DNA of 64,000 bases from Camelus ferus (taxonomy: Eukaryota), in the NCBI RefSeq assembly GCF_009834535.1, contig NC_045696.1, positions 56,174,001 through 56,238,000 on the forward strand, in the 5' to 3' direction. Shown here in pieces: positions 40,931 to 54,598 of the stretch. The translations under genes and the position numbers were made by a program. A model generated the notes under the pieces. It worked only from the letters and a program-made list of their open reading frames with translations. It ran no database searches and was not told the DNA's origin. How positions within the stretch are numbered: position 1 is the stretch's first letter; each line of letters begins with the position of its first letter.

Positions 40931-42740
40931 CTTTTCTCCCACCTCCCGCCTCTGGCAACCACCAATCTCTGTATCTATGAACTTAATCTTTTGTCATTGC
41001 TGTTCCTTTTTTAAAGATTTCATACATAAGAGACCATGTGATATTTCTATTTTTCTGTCTAATTTATTTCACTTAACACAATGCCCTCAAGGTCTATCCA
41101 TGTTATCACAATATCAGGATTTCCTTTTTACAGCTGAATTTTATTTCATCATATACATACATATCACAATTTCTTTATTCATTCACCCATTTATGAACAC
41201 TTAGGTTGTTTCCATAGCTTGGTTATTGTAAATAATGCTGCAATAAACATGGGGTACATTAATCTTTTCAAGTTAGTATTTTGTCATTTTCTTCAGATAA
41301 ATATCCAAAAGTGGAACTGCTGGATCCTATGGTAATTCTATTTTTTATATTTTGAGGAATCTCCACACTGCTTTTCATAGTGCTTGCACCATCCATTTTC
41401 TCCTAAACAGTGCCCAAAGGTTCCCTTTATCCACATTCTTGCCAATACTTGTTATTTCTTGCCTTTTTCATAACAGCCATCCTCACAGGTATGAGGTGAT
41501 ACCTTACTGTGGTTCTAATTTGCATTTCCCTGATGACTGGTGATGTTGAGCATCTTCATATACCTGTTGGCCATCTGTACATCTTCTTTGGAAAAATGTC
41601 AATTCAAGTCAATTGCCCATTTTTTAATCAGGTTGTTGGGGTTTTTGCTACTGAGTTGTATGAGTTCTTTACATATTTTAGATATTAGCTTTCTCCCGTT
41701 CAATGGGTTGCCTTTACATTTTGTTGATGGTTTCCTCTGCTGTGCAGGAACTTTTTAGTCTGATGTAGTCCCACTTGTTTATTTTTGCTTTTGTTGCTTC
41801 TGCTTTGGGTTTTAGATTTAAAACATCACTGCTAAGACCTATGTCATGGAGTTTACCACGTACGTTTTCTTGTAGGAGTTTTATGGTTTCAGATCTTATA
41901 TTTAGGTCTTTAACCCATTTTGAGTTAATTTTTGCGTATGGTATAAGACAGTGGTTGAATTTCACTCTTTTGCATGTGGCTGTTCAGTTTTCTCAACATC
42001 ATTTATTGTAGAGATTGTCCTTTTCCCACTATATATTCTTATCTCCTTCATCATAAATGATTTGAACATACATGCATCGGCTTATTTCTGGGCTCTATTC
42101 TGTTCCATTGATCTATGTGTCTTTTTTTATGCCAATACAACACTGTTTTAATTAATGTAGCTTTGTAATATAGTTTGAAGTCATGAAGCATGATGCCTCC
42201 AAATTTGTCTTCCTTCTCAAGACTGCATTGACTATTGGGGGATTTTGCGGTTCCATACAAATTTTGGGATTATTTGTTTTATTTCTTTGAAAACTGTCAT
42301 TGGAATTTTGATAGGGATTGCATGAAATTCCTAGATTGTTTTGGGTAGTATGGACATTTTAACAATATTGATTCTTCCATTTCATAAGCAATAATATCTT
42401 TCCATTTAATTGTGTCTTCATCAATTTCTTTCATTAATGTCTTTTAGTTTTTAATACACAGGTCTTTCAACTCCTTGGTCAAACCTATTCCTAGGTATTT
42501 TATTCTTTTCAGTGCAACTGTTAATGAGACTGTTTTGTCTGGTAGTTTGTTATTAGTGTACAGAAATGCAAGAGATATGTGTGAAACTTTACTGAATTGG
42601 TTTATTCTAAGTTGCTTTTTTTTTTTAAATGGATTTTCCATACACAATATCATGTCATCTGCAAATAGTGACAGTTTTACTTCTTCTTTTCCAATTTGGA
42701 TGCCTTTTACTTCTTTTTCTTGCCTAATTGCTCTGGCTGC
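40931..42740 (-). mobile_element. L1 ORF2 3' half plus partial 3'UTR, sense to GSK3B
   Basis: Minus ORFs YAKINSKWVKDLNIRSETIKLLQEN... and [30 protein letters not shown]. Confidence 0.92.
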
Positions 42741-43024
42741 CTTCTAATAAGTTTTATTTCTCTTTCTTTCAAGCCATTCAAGTCACTGAAAGGCAGAAAA
42801 AAGACATTCAGGACCACAAATGGCATGCTTCCACTTTTTTTCTCTCTGGGATAATGGAGGCAATAAAACTACATATAATTTTAAAAGCAAAATCAACAGA
42901 CTCCTTCCCCATTAACCTTTATACAGTCTCTGAAAATTCAATTCAATTAAAAACAGATTTTATTAATCATCCTACATAGGCACTTGAGAAAGTAGCATAA
43001 AACAGTCTGTTACCTTAGAAAGTT

Positions 43025-43350
43025 TGGTGTGTTAACTGTGAAAATGTGCCTCTCAGATATCCCATTGCAGGAAATTTCATTGACCAATGGTCCCAGCTAC
43101 TGAGCTCTCAAAGCCATTCTCTTCTTTGGGGCCAAGCCAAGCTTCCCACGAACTGTTCCCAGCCAATGACTCAGCATGGCAGATGTACTTAATAAAGCCC
43201 TTTTCCCAGGAGACACTGGATTCCTCTAATGATTCAACCTTGGACTGATGATTCTCTACTGGTTTTGCTGTAACTTTCTTAGAGCTGCAATGCAGTGTTA
43301 AGACTTCTCCTACATCTTCTATCTCTTCTACAAAGGTTAAAACCTGTTTT
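43025..43350 (+). mobile_element. ERVL LTR relic (LTR16C-like)
   Basis: gcttcccacgaactgttcccagccaatgactcagcatggc...aactttcttagagctgcaatgcagt resembles the recalled consensus. Confidence 0.6.
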
Positions 43351-44889
43351 TTTACACTTGGTAACTACAAGTTTTCATGACCCAAAGAATACAGCTCTAT
43401 ATGGCATAACTAAAGATTACTATTTCTTTCAAGTTGTCTGCCAATTTTATCAAGAAATAGATTTTCCACAAAGGACTTAAAATAGCTATATAATTACAAA
43501 TAATTAGGTACCTGAGAATAGAATTAAGAGAAAGCAAAGCAAAGAGGAAAAAATCCAAAATAAATAGCAGTTTGTAGTAATTAAGATGCCTAAAAATAAA
43601 AACAATAGAACTTAATTTTAAGGGGTTTTAAAATTAAGTAAATATTCTCAATACATTGCTTCATTTGATTAAGACAAAAATCAAGTGAATAAATGGAGCA
43701 AAACGAGAGCACAATATTTACTGAGTTTTTTTATGCACCAAAATTTTTATGTATCAAACTAGGGCATTGTTGTAGTAATAGCATTTCAGCTTTACAGATG
43801 ATGAAACTGAGGCTCATAAAGTTAATGGATATGCTCAAGCTTACAAAACTACTAGTAGTGGACCAAGGTCTTATTTCTTCTATATTGTCTCCAGAATATG
43901 CAGAGAATGATCGCAAAGGATGGAGCCCAGACATTATCTCTCCTCACTCTTCAAAATGGTATACATTAGAAGTAGGGCTCAAATCACTCTCCATTCACAA
44001 CAGAACAACAGTGACACTTCACTTCCCTACCCCCACATCCCAACCACAGAGGAAATGAAACCATGCAGGATATATGAAACCTATGACTAGTTCAAAGGAG
44101 AACTGAAATTAATAGTTAATGAAGCTAAGATCACTAATTAATTAAAAATGTAGCTTACTGATCTTCAAATTGGAAAAGCCAGCCTCAACAATCATCAGTA
44201 GCTTTGGGGATTGATTAATCTTCTCCCTGCTCTTATATCAAAGATCTCCTACATAAGGTACCTAGCTGGACTTTACACCTAAAACCACCACTACAGCATT
44301 TTCTATCATAAGCACTTCCAAACTGGCGAGTTGAGGTAGTTTAATTTTAATTTAAATAATTTGCCATAGTATTATGGGTCCAGAAGGAAAAGGGCATTCA
44401 AATTGTAACTAAAACACCACTGAAATGAAGTATTACACCAGAAATTTATTTAAAAAAAAAATTCAGTCTTTAGATATAGCAGGAAAAATTACCCTTGGTT
44501 TTCTTTTTATTTCTAACCATTCTTTCCCTTCTTGTTTTTTCACTGAAACAAACTGCCTCTCACTGACACCAGCAGAGGTTCAGAATGTTGGTCTATATAA
44601 CTGGGCAAGAAGACCCTATTCCAGTCTTGTTTTGAAAATACATAATTATTTACTGCAATCTTAGGTAGCAGCTATTTAAAATCACAGAGGTGAAACTACA
44701 GAATTGTAAGCTGCCAGGAAAATTGCTATTTTATAATAATTAAGAGAAATGAATTGGTCAATATATCAAATTTTATTTTCTGGCAAATAGTTAATATTTA
44801 GGAAGAAGAACAAAGAATACTTAAGTTCCACAAAGAAAAAGTGATACACTGGAAATAACTGAACTAGTATACTATAAGATAGCCTGCCA

Positions 44890-46438
44890 CTTTTTAGCAT
44901 TCAGAAGGAAAACAAAACCAAAGTTATACAATAGGAACAAAAGCAATAAAATACTTAGGAAGAATAAGCTTAACAACAAATGTCAAAATCCTTTGTATGT
45001 AAAACTCCTGAAAAACACAGAAGTAAACCTGAACAAATGGAAAGATGTCTCTTATTCCTTGGTAATTCAAATCAATAGGTGATTTAACTCCCTAATAAGT
45101 TAATATACAGTTTAGAAATTCCAATTACAAATATCAACGTTTTTTTTATGAAGTTAGCCAAACTGATAACAAAGTTCATATGGAAAAATAAACATCCAAA
45201 AAATAGCTGGAAAAACATGAAAAAGAAAAGCTACAAAGGCAGATTAGCCATACCAGACATTAGAACATACTATAAAGATGCATAATTAAAACTGTGATAC
45301 TGACATAAAAATATGCAAATGACCTAGTAAAACACAACTGGAAAGTCCAGAAATAGACCAAGTATATGTGGAAATTTAGCATACAGTAACAACAGCACCT
45401 CAAATCACTGGAACAAAGACAGACCTTTTAATAAACTGTACTTAGACAACTGATTAATGATTTACAAAGGATAAAATTAGATCAATATTTCAAACCATGC
45501 ATAGTAATAAACTCCATATATATGAATAAACTTCAAATGGACCAGGGATCTAAATGTAAAAAGTGAAATATTACAAATGCTAGAAAATATGGCTGAGTTT
45601 CTCTTTAAGCTAAAGAAAAGGCTTTCTAATCACAATAAAATCCAGGTATGATAAAAGAACACCAAATTTGACTGCATGGAGGCAGGGGGGACATCTATAT
45701 GGCAAAAAAAAAAAAAAAAAAAAAAAAGAACACACAAAGCAATAATACTACATCACAGACAAAAATTATATCCATAATAAAGAATTCTTCAGCGTTGAGA
45801 GGAAAAGATCAAAAATTCATTTTTAAAGTGGGCTAAAAAAAGAAAAAAAGGACAATTTTCACACACATTCACAAAAACAAGTAAAATGGCCACTGAAAGG
45901 ATAAAAAGATGTTAAAATTACATTTATAAGATTGTAAATTAAAACTACAATGAGATACCATTTCTCACCTCAAGACTGGCAAAAACTAAAAAAGTAAATC
46001 AATGCAAATTGTCAGCTGTGGATAGACAGGCATTCATATGTTGTTACTGGAGAGAATGCAAATCTGTACAACCCCTTATGCAGGGAAGCTCAGCAGTATC
46101 ATACAAAACTGCCTATGTGTTTATGCTTTGATTCAGCAGTCCTAGTTCTTAATTTACCCTGAAGATATACATCCAATAAAAAAAAAATTACATATGCACA
46201 AAGGTTTTCATAACAGCCTTCTTGGAGATTATAAAATATTGAAAAAAAAATTCAGTATCCATATATAGAAGAAGGTTGGAATCAACTCTGCAATACTACG
46301 AAGCTGTAAGAATGATGAGAAAAATCTCTGACATGATACACAATGACTTCCAGGAACAATAGTTAACAGAAAAAGTAAAGTACAAAAGAATATCTTTAAC
46401 AACATTACATTTTACATAAAAAAGAAAGCAAGAAAATT
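44890..46438 (+). mobile_element. Ancient L1 ORF2/3' remnant
   Basis: aagttcatatggaaaaataaac, aaaactacaatgagataccatttctcacct. Confidence 0.75.
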
Positions 46439-46439
46439 A

Positions 46440-46794
46440 TAGTCGGCCCTCTGCTCCATAGGGGCCCCAGGGATTTAACCAAGCTCAGATAAAAATATTA
46501 GGGGAGAAAAACTCCAGGATGTTCCAAAATTCAAAACTTGTACTTGCCACATCAGCAACTATTTACACAACATTTACATAGTATTTACAACTATAAAGTA
46601 TCCACATTGTCTTAGGAATTATAAGTAATCTAGAGATGACTAAAGTATATGGGAGGATGTGCTTGGGTTATATGGAAATACCACACCATTTTATATAAGG
46701 AACTTGAACAGCCACAGATTTTTGGTATCCACAGGGATACCCACAGGGGGCAGGGTCTTGGGACCAGTCCTCCCTGGATACCAAGGAATAACGG
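46440..46794. mobile_element. TcMar-Tigger MITE (MER2-like)
   Basis: agtcggccct start, ataagtaatctagagatgactaaagtatatgggaggatgtg core, ggataccaaggaataacgg end, flanking TA dinucleotides. Confidence 0.85.
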
Positions 46795-47179
46795 TATACT
46801 TGCAGCTCATTTGGGCAAAACAAACCCAGAAAAAAATAAACCAGAACATGGTAAGACTGGCTATCTAGAGACTGAATGGAAACAAGACCAGGAATACAGA
46901 GGGAACAACATTTGTGTATTTCTGATTCTAGGGACCATGTTAGTGTTTCACAGATTGAAAATATAATTTTTTTTAAGTCAAAAAGAATGGGGATAAAGTT
47001 CTATAAAGGGATATGTATAGAAACGGATGACTCAAACTGTACTTCAAATGAATAACTTAACCATGCTAAAGGAAAAAATTTCAATTTTTTTAAAAAGCAA
47101 GAAAAAGAAGAACACAAGTACCATACTTCTGAACAGAATATATTAGTTTGACATAGCAAAGATAAAATGTAACAAAGTA

Positions 47180-47405
47180 TTCTGGAGTCAGACTGTTTGG
47201 ATTCATTTATCTGCCCATTTACTTACTTGCTAACTGTATGACCCTGGACAGGTTAATTTATAATCTCTTTGTGGGCAGGTTTCCTTATCTGAATAATAAC
47301 AATACCAACCTCACAGTAGTAATGATAAGGCTTATATAAAACTACTCATGTAAAAACCTTAGATTACTAAGCATATATTAAGGATTTGATAAGTATTTGC
47401 TATCA
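47180..47405 (+). mobile_element. MIR SINE
   Basis: tctggagtcagactgtttggattc...actgtatgaccctggacaggtt. Confidence 0.75.
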
Positions 47406-47479
47406 TCAACTACTAATTCAAAAACACATTAAATTTGTGGGTATCCAGGAGATGGACGTAATAATAGAGTTCCTGTCAT

Positions 47480-48770
47480 GAAAAAAATTGGAATTTCCTA
47501 GTTTATGAACATTAAGTGTTCAAGCAATCTAGAATAGAAGATCCATATGGCTGGCTGGAATCATCTGGGAAATTTCATAAAGGAAGAATCTGACATGGAT
47601 CTTTATATATGCCCAGGATTTAGACAGCAGGAGAACAGGAGAGGTAGAAGGGAAACTGAATAAAAGCAGAGAAGCCATAGAAACTAATATATCTCAAGGA
47701 CAGTAACATATACAGTTTGTAAAAGCTGAGTATTTGGAGGTATGGCAAGACTATGGAAGCTCCTGAATGCACAATTAAAACCAGGCAGGCTTTATTTTCT
47801 AGACTATGAGGAATCAGAGAAGATTTGTGTATAGGAGAACAACATGGCCAAAATTAACTGTGGAATTATTCTAAAGTTGGCAAGCATAAGGGACAGGAAG
47901 TGAGATCAGAGGGAGAGTTTTACCAGTGGTTAAACCAAGTAACAACAAGGATCTGACTGAAACAGTAGTGATGAGAAAAGGAAAGAAGGTATAGCTCAAT
48001 GAGGCAGTGAGGGAAAAAAAAAAATCAACCAAGCTTGGTGATGACTAGATATGAGATATGAGAGAATGCAAGAGTCTGAATGACGGGTGAACGATAAAAC
48101 TGTTAGAAGGAAAAAGCAAAAAGGAACGGGAACCAATAGAAAAGATTTCCGTTAAGACTAAAAGATAAGTCAGAATTAGACAGAAGCCTTGCCAATTTGA
48201 GACAACAGTACAACATTCAGATATCAAGATCCAGTAGGCATTTGGCAACATGGGACTAATGCTCGGGAGAGAGACAACTGAAGACCTAAACTTTAGAAAT
48301 TTTTTTTTAACCTCTCTAGAATGTTTGAGACATTCAGGAGCATACAGACACTAGACTACGTGTTGTTTCAGAGCAGTAATCACCTCTTATTTTTATATCC
48401 CTTAATGTTTAGTACAGTTCCTAGCACATAGGAGACTCTCAGTAAAATGTTGCAGAGGTGGGAAGAGCAGGGAAGGGAACAGAGTTAACACGGCTTGTTA
48501 ATGGCAGAGCCCTGATTAGAGCCCAGGTCTCCTGATGCTCCACTATATCATAATGTAGAGATGCTCTCTGACCATCCATGCACAAGATCCCCTGAAGAGA
48601 TGGTGTGAAAAATGAAAATAAACTGTGGGAAGTACTGGTTTCTATGAGTATATAGAAGAGAGACATAAGAAGATAGCAAAGAAAGGTCAGCTATGGGGAA
48701 AAAAATGATCACACAGATTCAAAGGAAATTTTTTAAGAAAAGAAGCACAGTCAACTGTACCAAATGATCT
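47480..48770 (-). mobile_element. L2 remnants (interrupted by short MIR/L2 pieces)
   Basis: gatatcaagatccagtaggcatttggcaacatgggactaatgctcgggagagag antisense L2 motif. Confidence 0.55.
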
Positions 48771-49059
48771 ACCACAGGCAATGTTTCTCTGGTCTCCTTT
48801 ACCAGTGAGACCCAAAGCAGAGAGAGGCCACTTTTTTAAAGTAAGAAATTAAGAAATTTTAATCGACCCTTCACAGCATTTAAAATACATATGTCACTCA
48901 TAGCAGCAGTTTAAAACTAACAGTGCAATCTTCAGTAAATTTTATCTCTACAAAATACACAACAGAAAATAAAGTCACTACAGAAGTTGAGCTGAACAAA
49001 AATGTGCACCATAAATGAAATTTGAAGCAAAAAGAAACAACTGAAAAAATAATCATTTA

Positions 49060-49365
<306 letters not shown>

Positions 49366-52300
49366 CTATATTCTTTAGTACAAATTATTTTTAAATGCTC
49401 ATCTTAGTTTATCACATAGAATTACTTCAACTGTTTCAATTATAAGTAATTATTTTAACCACCATTTATTCAGTCATTCTGTAGACAAAGCACTATGTTT
49501 AGTCAATACATGTGATTTCACTTAATGAAAATAACCCAATGAAGTACATAGTACTGTTCCTGTATTAAATATAAAGAAAAGAATGTTAAATTTGCCCAGA
49601 TCAAAAGGTGAATGGTAGACCCACAACCTTATCTCTCCAACTCTAAAGGTCCTAATTCTCTCCTCAAGGCTTTCTTATTTTACTTGAAAATAAGATACAT
49701 ACAACTGAAAACATCTACATTATACTAACTCTATTCAGACCACCCTGCCTTTAGAAAGCTAAGATTTTGAATTTTTGCTTCTCTGCCTTACTTCTTTTTA
49801 AGAAAACAGTGATACCTCTCCAAGAAAGGTCAGATGGGGAAAAGAACAGGGGAATGTTAATTTGGGGCTAAGAGATGGGAAACTTAAAAGAAAATCAAAC
49901 CCATTCTGAAATGAGCTTCTTTCATAACTAGCTCAGCAGCCATGGAGTCTCTGCCTACTCATGGCCTTCTCACTACCTTCTGCCTTCTCTCCCTGCCAGT
50001 AGCAATCCAAATACTCTCTTTAATTTAATCTCAAAGCCACCTCCTTCTTGACTGAGCATACTTTACAATCATCTTGTTCTCTGAATTCTTAAACTACTGT
50101 AAACCATTCTATATAGCCTAGCACCTAATTTTAAAGAGCTTTAAATTTTACTTTTAGTGATTTCAGAATACACAGATTCTAGTGACTACAATCATTGTGA
50201 AGTAGCAATTTATAACTTGTGTTTCTTCTTTCTTGACAAATCTAAAACCAGTTCTCAGTACAATATAAATCCTTAGGCTTACTGACTAAACTACACGTTT
50301 TTTTCCCTTTGCTACTCTTCTATTATAGCTATTTTATTTTTAAGATGTTAACTGAATTCATATTAACCTCAAAAAAGAAAAATAATATACTATTTAACCC
50401 TAGATACCAAAGATTATGAAATACATATTCATCTATACCTCACATTTTAAAAGATTAAAAATATAATAATCTAATTTTCCAATGGTTTGAGTTTTTCCCC
50501 TACCAAATATAAAACTGCCAGCCAAATAAATATCCAAATGTTAGAGGCATGCTGTAACATTTATAGTCATTTAAGTTCACAGAGGTATTAATGTAGACAA
50601 AAGCCAGAAAGCAATATCCATAATTGATGAACTCTTTTGCTTATATGGCAGCCTTCATGACAGATAGAAATGCAATAAATGATTCCTACACAAGATAGCT
50701 AGGTGAATAGTAGGCAGTCCGAATTTTATAACAGCCAGCTATCTTAAACATGCATGTCGTTAGTTTTAAGGTGAAACACCCAAACAGATATTTAGTTAGC
50801 ACAAATCCAACGCCACCTGTAGAAAGAATAACTCAAATCTTGTCAACACCACCATTTTTATTTCCAGCATATGCTTTAAATGCACATAAACCCCAGCACA
50901 AGTCAACACATATATAGCAGTTCTCAAAGCTTTCAAATATTCCCTTCATACCTCACTTCCTAGTAAAATAAATCTTAAAAATACTTGCTAAAAACCTAGT
51001 TTAATCTGAGTTCTAAATCTTCACTCCCCTCCTCAATATTCCATATTACTTTTGTTTCTGACCATGTTAATTTCAACAACTTTTGAGTATAAACTTACTG
51101 TAAGTTATTTTTTCATTTGTAAAATAAACCTATCTTTAAACGTATCTTGTATTATGGCACTCCTAAAGATAGAATCACAATCTTCTAAACTTAAACTTTA
51201 AGTGAGGTGATCTAGAAAGGTTAGATCCAGAAATATTAAAATCCAAAGTACTGAATACAATATCCAACTGTCCCAAAGAAAATAAAAAGCAGGTGATTTC
51301 AAACAGTTTGACTCTTACCTGTATCATCCAAGTCAAAACTACATTACCAAAAAAACCTCTCTCTGTATATACTTTAAGAACTATGAATTAGTAATTTCAA
51401 TTCCACTGAACAAGTTGCTTGCAAAATCTTACAGATCTAATTCACAAAACAAAGCATCATCATTTTTTAATTAAGACAAATTAACATATTAAGAACGGCT
51501 ATTATACTCCCCAATTTTAGCTGAAAACAAAAACCGCCTGGGGTATATAAAACCAAAAATTATGCTTTTCTACTATGTAACCATACTTCAATAAACAAAA
51601 CAATAGCCACAGCTTTGTACTTACTACCATAAAAGAATTTAAGCAATACAAGCATGTGTAATGACTTTCCCTACTTGCTTCCTCAGCCTGCATTTCTAAA
51701 AAAATCTTCATATTTCAGAAAAAATGGTTTCAAGGCTCCAAGAACCAGCTTTGAAAGATATTCATCACAAATGTGGTATTTGGCATCGCTTAAGCCTCAA
51801 CTACTGAGCCTGTGAATGTCTATCCCAGCATCATGATTTGTCTATGGGAAGAGGCATAAATAAGATTAATTCTGCAAAAATATTAAAAGCAGAGTAGAAA
51901 GATAAACAGGTCCTATAGATGCTATAGCTTAAGGAGATTGTTGAGGCCTCAATTTTAAACTGCAACTGGATGTGGACAAAGACCAATCGTTTCACCTTCT
52001 TGCACATCTAATAAAAACCATAAACAGAGAATTAAAAAACTAACTACCTTGGAAGAAACTTAAAAGGTTTACTCTATTCTCTTTTGAGCAGTTATACTTC
52101 CCACTAGTAGAAAATCCTAGGTATACAAGGAACAATGGTTCTCAGGCTCTGTCTCAAATATCCTGGAATTTTTATTCATAAATCACCAAGCTCTTCAGAC
52201 TACTCCATCAGAGACCTGAAACAGCGTAACTGTAAAGAATGGTAAGATAACGCTGGGGGTGACTTGGCATGAACATTAGTACTGCATGGGACAGTCAGCA

Positions 52301-53754
52301 GCTAGTGTGCCAAGGAAAAGCATGTCACCATTTGGCACTGCAATTTGCCAACTCAGCAATAAAATAACAGCTATATAAAATTTCACTGTACAAAGAACTT
52401 TCTGACTCATTGTTTCATCTATTCTAATACTTATAATAAATGGTGGGACATACTTATTATGATTACTATGCCAATGAGGAAAGTAAGACTAAGAGAGATG
52501 AACTTGTCCAACATACAGCTTTCAAGTAGAACTCTTCACCTGCCTCATGCTATCCCTGCTATATTTTACATCCTTAAGAAGCAAATAATGTTTCTGAAAA
52601 TACAATGTAAAAAGATCAGCTCCAAAGTAATAAGAGAATAAATGAGTAATTTTTTACAGTTTTCATTCCTAATTATTCATTTATTAATAGGTAAAGAGCT
52701 ATTTCCAAAAATACTTTGGCAACATTAGATTTTGAAACTTCTCCCAAAACAAAAGCATATGGAAAACAAAAATACAAAAAGTTAATTCTGTGATGTTCAA
52801 ACAATTTAACTTTTGCTACTAGAAACTGGATAACTTTGGATATCAACAATAGAGCAGCATTTTAAGCACTGTTACCAAGAGACCAACTAGAAATTCACTG
52901 AATGAATGAAAAACTAGAATTCATAACAAATGTGCCTCATTTTTAAAAAAAAGGTCACCACTCTGCCTAATATTAAATTTCCCAGAATGCATGGTATCGT
53001 GAGACTCACACTAATTACAATAAAATTAGTCTCCAAACAATGCCTCTGTCTCTCAAGAGCAACAACATTAAAGCAGTGGGAACAACTCAGCTCTAGGCCT
53101 TCTCTCTGGCCAGAGAACTCCTAGGAGCCACTATTACAATTAAAATTCACTCTGGTGGTATAAATTTCCTACTATAATTTGAACACAGAATTAAATTCCC
53201 TACTCTTTACCACAATAGATAAATTTTACATATATAAACCACAAAAGACTCCTCATGAAGCAATGGGAAAATGGTATGCAACAGAAGAACCACTCTCCAT
53301 TGAAGGTCATTAAATATAGAATACAATTTTACAAAAGCCTTAGGGGTATCCCAAAATGGTATGTGCAGCCTAGTTTTCAATCTCTCAAACACAAGTTTGT
53401 ACCTGTAAGCAATCCCTGTGGTTACATTTTTAAAGTCTTCTTAAGTCACTCCTCAGACCCATCCTCCCTGAGATGAACAAATGTCACAGGGTAACACGAT
53501 CCACACAGAAATGGACTGAGCATCCAAAAACCAAAGGGCCACTTCAAACATGTGTAATTATTTTGGAGGTATCTGACATGGACATTCTAATTTCATTGTT
53601 TCTTAAGATTCAGAGCTGAGAAAAAGCAAGTAACTGTGACACTTCATAACTAGGCTTTTAGAGATGTTCATACACCATTCTACTGATATAAACTGAAAAA
53701 AGTCAGTAATGACTGTCTTTGTAAACTCTTCCTTTACCTCAAGAATAACATCTC

Positions 53755-54420
53755 CAAAAAGGAACCCTCCTACACTGCTGGTGGGAATGTAAATTGGGTG
53801 CAGCCACTATAGAGTTTCCTTAAAAAACTAATAAGAGTTACCATATGATCCAGCAATTCCACTCATGGGCTTATATCCAGAGAAAACTCTAATTCAAAAA
53901 GATACAGGCGCACACCAATGTTCACAGTAGCACTATTTACAATAGCCATGGAAACAACCTAAACGTTCATCAACAGATGAAGAGATAAAGATGTAGTATT
54001 TGTATGTATATATGTGTTCGTACACACACACACAAACACACACACACACACACACATATTACTCAGCCATAAAAAAGAATGAAGTAATGCCATTTGAAGC
54101 AACCTGGATGGACCTAGATTATCACAGTAAGCGAAGTAAGACAGTAAGTGAAGTAAGAAGGACAAATATTATATCAATTATATATGGAATCTAAAAAAAT
54201 TATACAAATGTACTTATTTACATAACAGAAACAGACTCACAGACATAGAAAACAAATTTATGGTTACCAAAGAGGGGAAGGGATGAGGGACAAATTAGGC
54301 ATTTGGGATTAACATATACATACTACTATATATAAAATAGATAAACAACAAGGACCTACTGTATAGCACAGGGAACTGTATTCAATATCTTAATAACCAA
54401 TAATGGAAAAGAATCTGAAA

Positions 54421-54460
<40 letters not shown>

Positions 54461-54598
54461 AAGTATGTATGTGTGTGTTTGTGTGTGTGTATGTGAATAT
54501 GTATGTGTGTATATACATATATATAACTGAATCACTTTGCTATATACCTGAACCTAAACACAACATTGTAAATCAACTGTACTTGACTAAAATAAAAG
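53755..54598 (+). mobile_element. L1 3' end with internal (CA)n 54022-54056 and (TG)n 54423-54458
   Basis: ggaaccctcctacactgctggtgggaatgtaaattg...acattgtaaatcaactgtact; same 3'UTR type as 7854-8250. Confidence 0.92.

Noticed and set aside
31054..42747. Many L1-like ORFs as a possible active L1 or novel gene
   Set aside because: Short, frameshifted, stop-ridden fragments; no intact ORF1 or ORF2
43693..44058. 121-aa plus-strand ORF
   Set aside because: Runs through a MIR remnant; no recognisable protein features
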